Assembly: GCA_943356485.1 (NCBI GenBank) | Contig: CALRFD010000003.1 | Location: 7,702-71,701 of the forward strand | Reading direction: 5' to 3' | Source: Patescibacteria group bacterium | GTDB taxonomy: Bacteria; Patescibacteriota; Microgenomatia; Daviesbacterales; UBA10151 | DNA: 64,000 nt | Part shown: positions 9,034-17,942 of the stretch, in pieces | Numbering within the stretch: the first letter of the stretch is position 1 | Layout of the letters: each line of letters starts with the position of its first letter | Program-made: the position numbers and the translations under genes | The notes under the pieces: generated by a model | What the model was told of the DNA's origin: nothing | Database searches by the model: none | The model's input: only the letters and a program-made list of their open reading frames with translations

Positions 9034-10634
9034 GCCTTTGTGCCCGGAGTTTGAAAGTCTAGGTGTAATAGATGGGTACCTGACTCTGATAGGCTTACTA
9101 GCGGGTAAAGTTTAGCTTCAGAAGCTGTAATAGTTTGGGTAGGTTTTCCATCAATAGAGACTTTAATTAGATCCTGAGACGTTTTGGGAGTAATGACTAA
9201 GAAAACTTTAGCGGCATTAAATTTAAAATCCAGAGTTGAGTTTTGTTTTGAAGAGATGAATTCATTTTGGATATCCCAGTCTCCTCTTATTGTCCAGCTA
9301 TCCTGCCCCAAATCCTTAGAGCTGGAATATCTTTCTCTTCTACTTAAACCCAAGTATGTTTCCGGGGTAATTTTAGTTTTGGGTGTTTGGTCGGCAATGT
9401 TAGTGAGCGTTGCATCAATGTTTTTGCCGGCTTCAGCGAGTAAGGACTGAATAGCTTTTTCGCTTTGGTCATATTCGCCCTCCCCAAAATGTACATGCCT
9501 GATTACCCCTTTGGCATCTATTAAATACTCGGCCGGCCAATACTGATTGTTGTATGCTTTCCAGATAGCGTATTCATTATCTTGTACAATTGGGTAATGA
9601 ATATTATATTGTTTGATTGCACTTAAAACATTTTCTGTCTTTTTTTCAAACTCAAACTCCGGAGTATGGACTCCGATTACCACAAATCCCTTATCCTTAT
9701 ACTTCTCGTACCAGGAAGTAACAAAGGGGAGGGTTCTTATGCAATTAATGCAGGTATATGTCCAAAAATCAACCAAAACTACTTTTCCCTTAAGATCGGC
9801 TAATGTTTGTATCTGTCTATCGGCAGGCAGGTTTAGCCATTTAGTTCCCCCGCTAAAATCCGGTGTGTCTCCCGTATTCCTTCTTCCGCTTAAGCTATCC
9901 AGCTGTTTTGTCACTTCCGGCTGCAACTCTATTTGGGTTAGATAGTTAGAAAATGATGGAAAAGAGTTTAAAAGTTTAGCCTGCAGTAGTTTATCCCAGT
10001 TAAAAAATATGGAGACTGCTGTTGCAAGCAGGATCAGGCCAAATATTTGCTGAATTACTCCTGTATACCTTGAAATAACCTTAACTTTTTGAAATACCCT
10101 ATTGCCTAATGTGGCAAAGATAAAAAGTGGAATGCCAATTCCTAAAACATAAAAAAGCGTTACTAAAATAATTTTGAAGTTAACTGCTTTTGTGGCAGCA
10201 AGGGTGGCAATAGTTGCGAGGATCGGTCCGGCACAGGGTGACCAAATAATCCCTAAGAAGAAACCGGTAATAATTCCGGAAGTAAAACCAGAGGAATTAT
10301 TTACTTGCAAACCGGCTCTGGCACTTAAGCGGCTGACCCAACCCTCTAGGATTAAAGCCAATTGCGGAATTATTAAAGTTAAGCCCAAAACCATAGGCAT
10401 GATTACGGCAAAAAGCCTTAATGAATTTGGATCAAAAGGAATAATCTTTATGATATAGGATAAAGAAAGTGTAAAAAAAGCAAAGCTTAACATAATGCCA
10501 ATAGTTATTCCCAAAGGTTTTCGCTTACCTCCGGTAGCAGTTGAAGAGAGGATAATTGGTAAAAGCGGCCAAACACAAGGTGCGGCAATGGTGACTAGTC
10601 CGGAAATAAAAGCGAAAACAAGGAGTATTGACAT
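9009..10634 (-). CDS. dipZ: DipZ-like CcdA/thioredoxin fusion
   Basis: APCVWPLLP and WSPCAGPIL (CcdA); DFWTYTCINC and HTPEFEFE (TlpA-like thioredoxin). Confidence 0.88.
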   Translation of the reverse strand: MSILLVFAFISGLVTIAAPCVWPLLPIILSSTATGGKRKPLGITIGIMLSFAFFTLSLSYIIKIIPFDPNSLRLFAVIMPMVLGLTLIIPQLALILEGWVSRLSARAGLQVNNSSGFTSGIITGFFLGIIWSPCAGPILATIATLAATKAVNFKIILVTLFYVLGIGIPLFIFATLGNRVFQKVKVISRYTGVIQQIFGLILLATAVSIFFNWDKLLQAKLLNSFPSFSNYLTQIELQPEVTKQLDSLSGRRNTGDTPDFSGGTKWLNLPADRQIQTLADLKGKVVLVDFWTYTCINCIRTLPFVTSWYEKYKDKGFVVIGVHTPEFEFEKKTENVLSAIKQYNIHYPIVQDNEYAIWKAYNNQYWPAEYLIDAKGVIRHVHFGEGEYDQSEKAIQSLLAEAGKNIDATLTNIADQTPKTKITPETYLGLSRRERYSSSKDLGQDSWTIRGDWDIQNEFISSKQNSTLDFKFNAAKVFLVITPKTSQDLIKVSIDGKPTQTITASEAKLYPLVSLSESGTHLLHLDFQTPGTKAYAFTFGD

Positions 10635-10663
10635 ACTTTAAGAATATCACATAATATGTAAGT

Positions 10664-10776
10664 GTTCTTTCAGGGTTTTGCGTAAGTCAAAATCGGTGGT
10701 AAACTCCACGACCAGCCTTTGGCTGGATGAGCCGGTGTAACTCCGGCAGCGACCGTATAGTCGGGATGAAAGGAAG
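10664..10776 (+). promoter_or_regulatory. FMN riboswitch (RFN element)
   Basis: TTCTTTCAGGG...CGGTGGTAAA.TCCACGA...TGA.CCGGTG.AA.TCCGG...GAC.GTATAGTC.GGATGAAAGGAA fits the RFN architecture; promoter TTGACA-N16-CATAAT at 10628-10655. Confidence 0.85.
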
Positions 10777-10779
10777 AAT

Positions 10780-11700
10780 ATGAAAAAACTAATATCCTTT
10801 GGTCCGCTATTTGTTGCCTTAGCAGCTATAATTTGGAGTTTTGATGGTTTGCTAAGACGCAGTTTATACTCACTCCCACCTTCAGTAGTGGTTTTTTATG
10901 AGCATCTGATTGGTTTTGCCATTCTTTTATTATTTTTCCCAAAATGGTGGCCTGATTTAAAAAAACTGACTAAAAAAGAGTGGTTAGCCATCTCTTTAGT
11001 CGCGCTTTTTTCAGGAGCTTTGGGGACAATTTTTTATACTGCGGCTTTAGGAAGAGTAAATTATATTCAGTTTTCCGTTGTTGTTTTACTGCAACAGCTT
11101 CAGCCTATTTGGGCCATATCTGCCGCGGCCATCATACTTAAAGAACGAGTTAATAAGAGATTTATCCTTTGGGCAGGAATAGCTTTAGTTGCCGCATATT
11201 TTATAAACTTTAAAGACCTGAACGTAAATTTTCAAACAGGTACAGGGACAGCGGTAGCAGGAGGATTAGCTCTTCTGGCAGGAGTTTTATGGGGCTCCTC
11301 AACAGCGATTAGTAAGTATGTTTTAAACAAGGTTTCTTTTTTGACTGCCACAGCTTTGCGGTTTGCCCTGGCTCCTTTTTTTGCCCTGGGATTTATTTTC
11401 TCAATGGGGCAATCTGCCGCTATTTTTCAAATTACGCAAGCGCAAATATGGACACTTTTATTAATAGCTTTTTCAACCGGGATGGTAGCCTTAGCTATAT
11501 ATTATTATGGTTTAAAAAAGACTCCGGCCAGGATTACGACCCTTTGTGAGTTGGTTTGGCCAGCCTCCGCAGTCTTTATAGATTATGTCTATTTTCACCA
11601 AAGCTATTCAATAACCCAGATTTTAGGAATAGTAGTTTTGCTTTTTGTGCTTTATCAAGTAGCCTGGAAGAAAACAGAACTCATTGACAAAAGGGACTAA
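10780..11700 (+). CDS. EamA/DMT transporter, probably riboflavin uptake (RibN-like)
   Basis: 10-TM duplicated EamA pattern directly downstream of the FMN riboswitch. Confidence 0.8.
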   Translation: MKKLISFGPLFVALAAIIWSFDGLLRRSLYSLPPSVVVFYEHLIGFAILLLFFPKWWPDLKKLTKKEWLAISLVALFSGALGTIFYTAALGRVNYIQFSVVVLLQQLQPIWAISAAAIILKERVNKRFILWAGIALVAAYFINFKDLNVNFQTGTGTAVAGGLALLAGVLWGSSTAISKYVLNKVSFLTATALRFALAPFFALGFIFSMGQSAAIFQITQAQIWTLLLIAFSTGMVALAIYYYGLKKTPARITTLCELVWPASAVFIDYVYFHQSYSITQILGIVVLLFVLYQVAWKKTELIDKRD

Positions 11701-11721
11701 TTTGTTATACTAGCGCCACTT

Positions 11722-12402
11722 ATGATGCAAAGAGGAATTGAGCAGGGATCATATCAATACAGTGTTGAAAGAGCACTAACACTACACAAGCAATTAAGCG
11801 GATTACTTAATACCAGAGTTCAAAGGGGTGAAGCCATCCTGGCAGGTAAGAATACAGAAGGGGTTTTACTAGTTGCTCCTCCAACTTCTATTTATAACTC
11901 CCGGGATTTAGATAAGTTTCAGACAGAATTATTTCCTGGAATAGAACCTGATTTGAAGATAGCTTCTGTAGATAGTTTTTTGGATAAAAAGGGTGGTTTA
12001 TCTTTTGGATTACTTATTTTTGATAATGTTCCGGGTTTTATTAATATGAGGGGAAGAATAGCTCCTGATTCTGCCTTCGGGTTAACAGATTATGATAAGT
12101 TGGAAGATTTAATAAGCAGGGCAGGAAAACCCGAATATGAACTGGTAAGAAGGACTGTTATTCAAACGCTACCTGATGCTAATCTGGCTAAAGCAATACT
12201 GGAGGCTGAGAGATTAGGCGTAAGGTTGAGGGATGGCTTGGAAGAAAAGGAGCTTAGGGCTTTAAAGACAGATCCGGAAGATTTTTTTAAGAGGTTTAAA
12301 ACAAAAGTAACAAGGCTTTCAGAACCTCTTTATTTAGGTGATCTTTCTTTTAGGCAAGCACAAAGGGATCCCCTAAGACCAGTAGTCGGTGTGCGACTGT
12401 AA
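11722..12402 (+). CDS. Hypothetical protein
   Basis: 226-aa ORF with TTGACA/TATACT promoter immediately upstream. Confidence 0.6.
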   Translation: MMQRGIEQGSYQYSVERALTLHKQLSGLLNTRVQRGEAILAGKNTEGVLLVAPPTSIYNSRDLDKFQTELFPGIEPDLKIASVDSFLDKKGGLSFGLLIFDNVPGFINMRGRIAPDSAFGLTDYDKLEDLISRAGKPEYELVRRTVIQTLPDANLAKAILEAERLGVRLRDGLEEKELRALKTDPEDFFKRFKTKVTRLSEPLYLGDLSFRQAQRDPLRPVVGVRL

Positions 12403-12410
12403 ACGGTTTT

Positions 12411-14189
12411 TTATCCGTTTAAATCAATTTTTCTAATCCTAATATTTTTTGGGGTTACTTCAACTAATTCACTATCATCAATATATTCAATTGCCTGCTC
12501 CAGACCCATCATCTTTGGAGTATTAAAATGTTCAGATGTCCCTTCGCCGGAAGAGCGGTGGTTTGTTTGTTGTTTTTCTCTGCAAACGTTTACCCAAATA
12601 TCATCACCGCGCGAGTTTTGTCCGATGACCTGACCCTTATAAACCTCAAGTCCGGGGCCAACAAAAATTGTTCCTCGATCCTGTGCTCCAGTTAATGCGT
12701 AGAGTTTTGTTGATCCGGATTCATGAACCACTAAAGATCCATTATTCCTCTCAAACTTTCCGCCAACATCCTCTCTGTATTCAAAAAATGAGGATGAGAT
12801 AATTCCCATGCCTTTGGTATCGGTAACAAATTGAGATCTGTAACCAAAAAACTCTTTTGTGGCAATAATAAATTCCAGGACGACAATGCCATTATCAGCG
12901 TTCATGTCTAAAAGTTCTGCGTGTCGCAGACCCATTTTCTGCATAACAGAACCAGAGTATTCTTCAGGTACTTCAATCGCGACTTTCTCAAAAGGAGTCA
13001 TGGTTTTACCATTTTCGTGTTTTTCAATAACCTGCGGTCTGCCTACCTGGAATTCATAACCCTCCCGTCTCATGGTTTCAATTAGAATGGCTAAGTGCAA
13101 CTCTCCTCTACCTGATACAACCCACTCAGCTCCAGCAGATTCTACCTTTAAAGCCACATCAGCTTCTTGAGCCTTAAGTAAGCGGTCTTGGATCTGTCTG
13201 GCAGTTTTGTATTCACCCTCCCTGCCTGCAAGAGGTGAGGTATTTACTCCAAACCGCATTCTGACTGTAGATTCTTCAATGTCTAAAACAGGTAGCGCTA
13301 TTGGATTTATCGGATCTGCCAAAGTTTCACCAATTGTGATATCTGGAATTCCGGAAACCGCAATGATATCTCCGGCATGAGCCTGCGTAATATCAACTCT
13401 TTCCAGTCCTTCAAATCCCAAAAGCGAAGTCAGTCTGAATTTTTTAATTAATCCATCTCTGTTGATATGCGCAACATCCTGTCCGGCTTTTACCACTCCG
13501 GCATAAACTCTCCCTGTAGCAATTCTGCCCTTAAAATTATCATATGAAGTATTGGTAATAAGAATCTGCAAAGGTTTATCATCTTCTGCAATTGGGGCTG
13601 GAATATATTTGATGATCGCATCAAAAACAGGGGAGATATCAGTCATTTTAGACAAGTCTGGTTCCAGGCCGGCTTTTCCTTGTTTGCCTGAAGCGTAAAT
13701 GGTAGGGAAGTAGGCTGTTTCCTCGTCCGCACCAAGTTCTAAAAATAAATCAAAGGTCTTATTTATCACATATTCAATTCTGGCATCTGGCTTGTCTATC
13801 TTGTTTATAACCACGATAACTTTATGTCCTAACTCTAAGGCTTTTTTTAAAACAAATCGGGTTTGCGGCATTGGACCCTCTTTTGCATCAATTAAAAGCA
13901 GTACTCCGTCTGCCATTTTTAAGACCCTTTCTACCTCTCCTCCAAAATCAGCGTGTCCAGGGGTGTCTATAATATTAATTTTGGTGTCTTTATAGTGTAC
14001 AGATGCATTTTTCGAAAAGATAGTAATTCCTCTTTCTCTTTCTAAATCATTGCTGTCCATAATTAAATCTCCTTTTTCAGTTGCCTCCTTGGAGATTTTA
14101 GTTAAAGATTGACGAAGCAGAGCATCCACTAAAGTGGTTTTACCATGATCAACGTGGGCTATAATTGCAACATTTCGAATACTATTCAT
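12411..14189 (-). CDS. typA: Translational GTPase TypA/BipA
   Basis: IAHVDHGKTT, DTPGHADFGGEVER, GRGELHL, VEVTPKNIRIRK. Confidence 0.97.
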   Translation of the reverse strand: MNSIRNVAIIAHVDHGKTTLVDALLRQSLTKISKEATEKGDLIMDSNDLERERGITIFSKNASVHYKDTKINIIDTPGHADFGGEVERVLKMADGVLLLIDAKEGPMPQTRFVLKKALELGHKVIVVINKIDKPDARIEYVINKTFDLFLELGADEETAYFPTIYASGKQGKAGLEPDLSKMTDISPVFDAIIKYIPAPIAEDDKPLQILITNTSYDNFKGRIATGRVYAGVVKAGQDVAHINRDGLIKKFRLTSLLGFEGLERVDITQAHAGDIIAVSGIPDITIGETLADPINPIALPVLDIEESTVRMRFGVNTSPLAGREGEYKTARQIQDRLLKAQEADVALKVESAGAEWVVSGRGELHLAILIETMRREGYEFQVGRPQVIEKHENGKTMTPFEKVAIEVPEEYSGSVMQKMGLRHAELLDMNADNGIVVLEFIIATKEFFGYRSQFVTDTKGMGIISSSFFEYREDVGGKFERNNGSLVVHESGSTKLYALTGAQDRGTIFVGPGLEVYKGQVIGQNSRGDDIWVNVCREKQQTNHRSSGEGTSEHFNTPKMMGLEQAIEYIDDSELVEVTPKNIRIRKIDLNG

Positions 14190-14211
14190 AATTTTCCTGC
14201 TCCATTTAAAA

Positions 14212-14230
14212 AACCGCCCTTATGGCGGTT
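14212..14230. terminator. Short GC hairpin between the DUF192 gene and typA
   Basis: AACCGCC-CTTAT-GGCGGTT, followed by a T-run on the minus strand. Confidence 0.5.
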
Positions 14231-14248
14231 CCATTAGCAGGATAAGTA

Positions 14249-14587
14249 TTATAACATTTTGAGCTCAAGGAGGCAACCAAGGGAGGTTTTGGTTTTTTTC
14301 AGGGTCTCTTTTGGTAGTTCTATAACTAAACTATATTTCGGATTCCAGAAAAAAAGAGAGTTAGGCTTTAGGGATTCCTTTAATTTGACTATCTTAAAAT
14401 CTTTGTCCAGAATTGCTACATCGATATCTTCTTTTAGTCCAAAAGTATGTATGCCAAAACGGGTTTTAAGCAGTAAGGATCGGGGTTGGGATTTTTTTAA
14501 AAGTCCCAGAGTTTGATCTAAAACTGATGTTGGTATTTTTAGGTCAGTAGCCAACACTGTTTTTCTAGTCAGGTTTTTTAGTATCAT
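14249..14587 (-). CDS. DUF192 family protein
   Basis: GIHTFGL..IDVAILD and VIELP motifs. Confidence 0.8.
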   Translation of the reverse strand: MILKNLTRKTVLATDLKIPTSVLDQTLGLLKKSQPRSLLLKTRFGIHTFGLKEDIDVAILDKDFKIVKLKESLKPNSLFFWNPKYSLVIELPKETLKKTKTSLGCLLELKML

Positions 14588-14610
14588 GTATTTACAGTAT
14601 CTTTAAGGGT

Positions 14611-16350
14611 ATGAGAAAACAAGAGCATGTAAAATTTAACCAGTGGTTTGCAACAGCAATCTGCGGAAATGATATCTTAAGTTCCTGTCTTTATGTTTCC
14701 GGGATAGCCGTTGCTTTTGGAGGAATCTTTGCCCCGCTTATCTTAGGGGTTATTGCCTTAGTTCTTTTTATGTATAAATCAGTTTATACAGAAGTTGTAG
14801 AGGCATTGCCGATAAATGGAGGAGCATATAACTGTTTACTTAACAGCACAGACAAAACTATTGCGGCAATTGCAGGTGTAACTACAATACTGTCTTATAT
14901 TGCCACCTGCGTTTTGTCAGCCACAGTAAGTATTGCCTATCTGCATACGCTAATACCTGTTCCGATTATTCCTGTCACTATTTTCCTGCTTTTTCTTTTT
15001 GCAGTTTTAGTTATACTTGGCCTAAAAGATTCTTCAAAAATAGCTTTTGGTATATTTTGTCTACATATTTTTACATTGATAATTTTTGTCCTCCTTGGAT
15101 CTCTTTTTATCCTTAGCCATCATTCTTTTTTTATGGAAAATTTGATTAAGTCAAAGGAGATAATTCAATCAGGGGGTGGGGTCATTAAGGCTTTATTTTT
15201 TAGTTTTGCCGCTTCCCTTTTGGGAGTTTCCGGTTTTGAATCATCAGCAAACTTTGTTGAGGAGCAGGAAGAAGGAGTTTTTAGAAAAACTTTAAGGAAT
15301 ATGTTAATTGCTGTGGCGATCTTTAATCCTTTAATTGCCATAATTGTTTTAGGGCTCGCGCCTATTTCTACAATTATTGCGGCTAAAGATTTTCTATTGG
15401 CAGACCAGGCCTTACTAATGGGAGGCAAGTGGCTTCAGTACTTTATTGTTATTGATGCGGTTTTAGTTTTAGCAGGTGCAGTTTTAACTTCATTTATAGG
15501 CGTGAGCGGATTGGTTTATAGAATGGCGGCAGATGCCTGTTTGCCGGAATTTCTAACCAGGAAAAACAGCAGAGGTTCATATCCGATAATTATTATATTG
15601 TTTTTCCTGCTTTGTTCTTCTATTTTACTTTTAACACAAGGTAATCTTTTATCCCTGGCTGGAGTTTATACCATTGCTTTCCTTTCAGTTATGAGTTTAT
15701 TTGCTTTAGGGAATCTAATTTTAAGACAGACCAGAAGCGAGTTGAAAAGAACATACTCGGCACCGATTTTATTTGTAATTTTAGCCTTCTCAGCGACTTT
15801 TCTCGGGATTATCGGAAATATATTAATCGATAAAAACAATATAATTTATTTTTCTCTTTATTTTTTTCCGTCAGTACTTTTGGTTTTATTAATGGTATAT
15901 CGGGATCAGCTTCTTACATTGATTCTTAAGACAACGCCGGGTATAAAACCGTTGCATAAATTTATATTAAATCATTATGAGGATGTCACAAGCGGAAAAA
16001 TTATAGCTTTTGTAAACCATGCAAACCGTTTATATGAAATCTTAAACTATATACATCTAAACGAAACAGCTAAGAATGTAATTTTGGTACACTGCAGGAA
16101 TTGGGATAATAATGTAGACAAGGAGAGGTTTAAAGAGTTAAATGAGGCCTTGCCGTTTATAAATAAGGTAGGAATGTTTCCTAATCTGAGTGTAAGTTTG
16201 GTATATGAAAACGAACCATTTGGAACCGAGGCTATAAATAATATCTCAAAGAAATTTCGGGTTAGGAAAAATAGAATAATGATTGGTTCAATCCACCACT
16301 TTCACCCGTTTGAATATTCAGATCTGGGGGGAGTAAGGATAATATTTTAA
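14611..16350 (+). CDS. APC-family amino acid permease
   Basis: ATAICGNDILSSCLY, GVSGFESSAN, about 12 TM helices. Confidence 0.88.
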   Translation: MRKQEHVKFNQWFATAICGNDILSSCLYVSGIAVAFGGIFAPLILGVIALVLFMYKSVYTEVVEALPINGGAYNCLLNSTDKTIAAIAGVTTILSYIATCVLSATVSIAYLHTLIPVPIIPVTIFLLFLFAVLVILGLKDSSKIAFGIFCLHIFTLIIFVLLGSLFILSHHSFFMENLIKSKEIIQSGGGVIKALFFSFAASLLGVSGFESSANFVEEQEEGVFRKTLRNMLIAVAIFNPLIAIIVLGLAPISTIIAAKDFLLADQALLMGGKWLQYFIVIDAVLVLAGAVLTSFIGVSGLVYRMAADACLPEFLTRKNSRGSYPIIIILFFLLCSSILLLTQGNLLSLAGVYTIAFLSVMSLFALGNLILRQTRSELKRTYSAPILFVILAFSATFLGIIGNILIDKNNIIYFSLYFFPSVLLVLLMVYRDQLLTLILKTTPGIKPLHKFILNHYEDVTSGKIIAFVNHANRLYEILNYIHLNETAKNVILVHCRNWDNNVDKERFKELNEALPFINKVGMFPNLSVSLVYENEPFGTEAINNISKKFRVRKNRIMIGSIHHFHPFEYSDLGGVRIIF

Positions 16351-16378
16351 TCGCTTACGTGATAAGATTTAAAAGCCT

Positions 16379-17548
16379 ATGTTTTCCCGTATTCCTAAAA
16401 ATGTTTTTTTATTAGGGCTGGTCAGTTTTTTTAATGATCTATCCAGCGAGATGATCTATCCCATTGTGCCTATTTTTTTAACAACGATCCTGCACACTTC
16501 AGTGCCGATTGTAGGGTTTATAGAAGGATTTGTGGAGGCAACAGCTGCTATAACCAAGTATCTGTTTGGAACCTACTCTGATTACTTGAGAAGGAGAAAG
16601 TTGTTTGTAGTTGGCGGATATTCTTTAAGTGCAGTCTCAAAAGTTCTAATCGGTTTGGCCTACGCTTGGCCAATGGTTTTAGTAGCCCGTTTTATTGATA
16701 GATTTGGCAAAGGCATGAGGACTGCAGTCAGGGATAGCTTACTTTTAGAGAATGCTACTGTGGAAAACAAAGGATTTATTTTTGGCTTTCACCGGGCTTT
16801 TGATTCGCTGGGTGCTGTTTTTGGCCCGCTTTTAGCCCTGGGGATTTTATATCTAATGAAAGATAACTTAAGGCAAACTTTTTTTATAGCCTTTATTCCG
16901 GCTACCGTAGCAGTAGTTTTACTGGTTTTCTTTGTTAAGGAAAAAAGAAAAATAGTAATTGAGGAAAAAAAAGAATTCATTAAAATTAACTGGAAAACTC
17001 TGCAGCCGAAGTTAAAACTTTTTTTAGCAGTTAGTTTTTTATTTTCTCTGGGAAACTCATCTGATGTATTTTTGCTTCTGTATGCGAGGAGCTTAGGTTT
17101 AAGTACTACCTTGGTTGTTTTAGCATATGTTTTATATAACGTTTCCCAAACTATATTTGCTACTCCTGCCGGCTCACTTTCAGATAAAATCGGCGCTAAA
17201 AAAGTTTTTGCAGGAGGCTTGGTAGTCTTTGCCTTAGTCTATTTTTCACTTGGAATTATAAAGGATCCGTTTTGGATGTGGTTAATTTTTCCTGTCTATG
17301 GGATTTACATTGCAGCTACAGATGGGATTTCTAAAGCCTATATTTCTGAGTTTATAGAAAAGCGCGAATCCGGGACTTTTTTTGGAGCATATTATACTTT
17401 AACAGCGGTAGGCACGTTCATTGCCTCGTTACTCGGAGGATTGCTTTGGAATGCTATTAATCCTCAGGCTACTTTCTTCTTTGGAGGAATAATGTCTCTT
17501 CTAGCTTTGTTAATTTTTGTCCTTTTCAACCGCAAAGCAATAATCTGA
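16379..17548 (+). CDS. MFS transporter
   Basis: 12 TM helices, DLSSEMIYP, GSLSDKIGAK motif A. Confidence 0.9.
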   Translation: MFSRIPKNVFLLGLVSFFNDLSSEMIYPIVPIFLTTILHTSVPIVGFIEGFVEATAAITKYLFGTYSDYLRRRKLFVVGGYSLSAVSKVLIGLAYAWPMVLVARFIDRFGKGMRTAVRDSLLLENATVENKGFIFGFHRAFDSLGAVFGPLLALGILYLMKDNLRQTFFIAFIPATVAVVLLVFFVKEKRKIVIEEKKEFIKINWKTLQPKLKLFLAVSFLFSLGNSSDVFLLLYARSLGLSTTLVVLAYVLYNVSQTIFATPAGSLSDKIGAKKVFAGGLVVFALVYFSLGIIKDPFWMWLIFPVYGIYIAATDGISKAYISEFIEKRESGTFFGAYYTLTAVGTFIASLLGGLLWNAINPQATFFFGGIMSLLALLIFVLFNRKAII

Positions 17549-17616
17549 CTGGAGATTTCAAGTGTAAATTGTTAGAATATACAAGCTCGTCAGCTTATTT
17601 CGAACGTAAGTGAGAA

Positions 17617-17724
17617 GGGCCGGTAGCTCAGTGGGTCATGAACCATATGGTTCATGACGGGATAACTACAAATTAATCCGCGTTCAGCGGATATCTTGAA
17701 ATAATAGTTATCACAGGAAGAGCA
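17617..17724 (+). other. Partial duplicate of the tRNA-Lys 5' end with a hairpin-rich D-loop insertion
   Basis: 18-nt identity GGGCCGGTAGCTCAGTGG with 17793-17810, then palindromes, then AGAGCA; no anticodon or T arm. Confidence 0.65.
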
Positions 17725-17792
17725 GTGCCGAAGGCTTTTTGTAGTGAGTACATTGAAAACTTTGTTTACATTGAGGAACGAAGTGACGAAAT

Positions 17793-17864
17793 GGGCCGGT
17801 AGCTCAGTGGTAGAGCAATGGACTCTTAATCCATTTGTCGTGGGTTCGACCCCCACCCGGCTCA
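17793..17864 (+). tRNA. tRNA-Lys (CTT)
   Basis: Cloverleaf; anticodon arm ATGGA-CTCTTAA-TCCAT; GGTTCGAC T-loop; CCA not encoded. Confidence 0.95.
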
Positions 17865-17885
17865 CAAGACCTATAGTTTAGCCTC

Positions 17886-17922
17886 ACTCCTGGGGTTCAA
17901 AGCTATTCAACCCCTGGGGTTG
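17886..17922 (+). repeat. REP-like repeat family A, dispersed copy 3' of tRNA-Lys
   Basis: ACTCCTGGGGTTCAAAGCTATTCAACCCCTGGGGTTG. Confidence 0.8.
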
Positions 17923-17942
17923 GGAGTTTTTACTTAAAAGAC

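Noticed and set aside
17635-17792. Group I or II intron in tRNA-Lys
   Set aside because: Too short, no recognisable catalytic core, and the downstream tRNA is already complete.
17590-17865. Short antisense or overlapping ORFs in the ORF track (for example 17590-17865, 32598-32813, 28505-28987, 62854-63231)
   Set aside because: They are shadows of tRNAs or of well-supported genes on the other strand, with no protein motifs.
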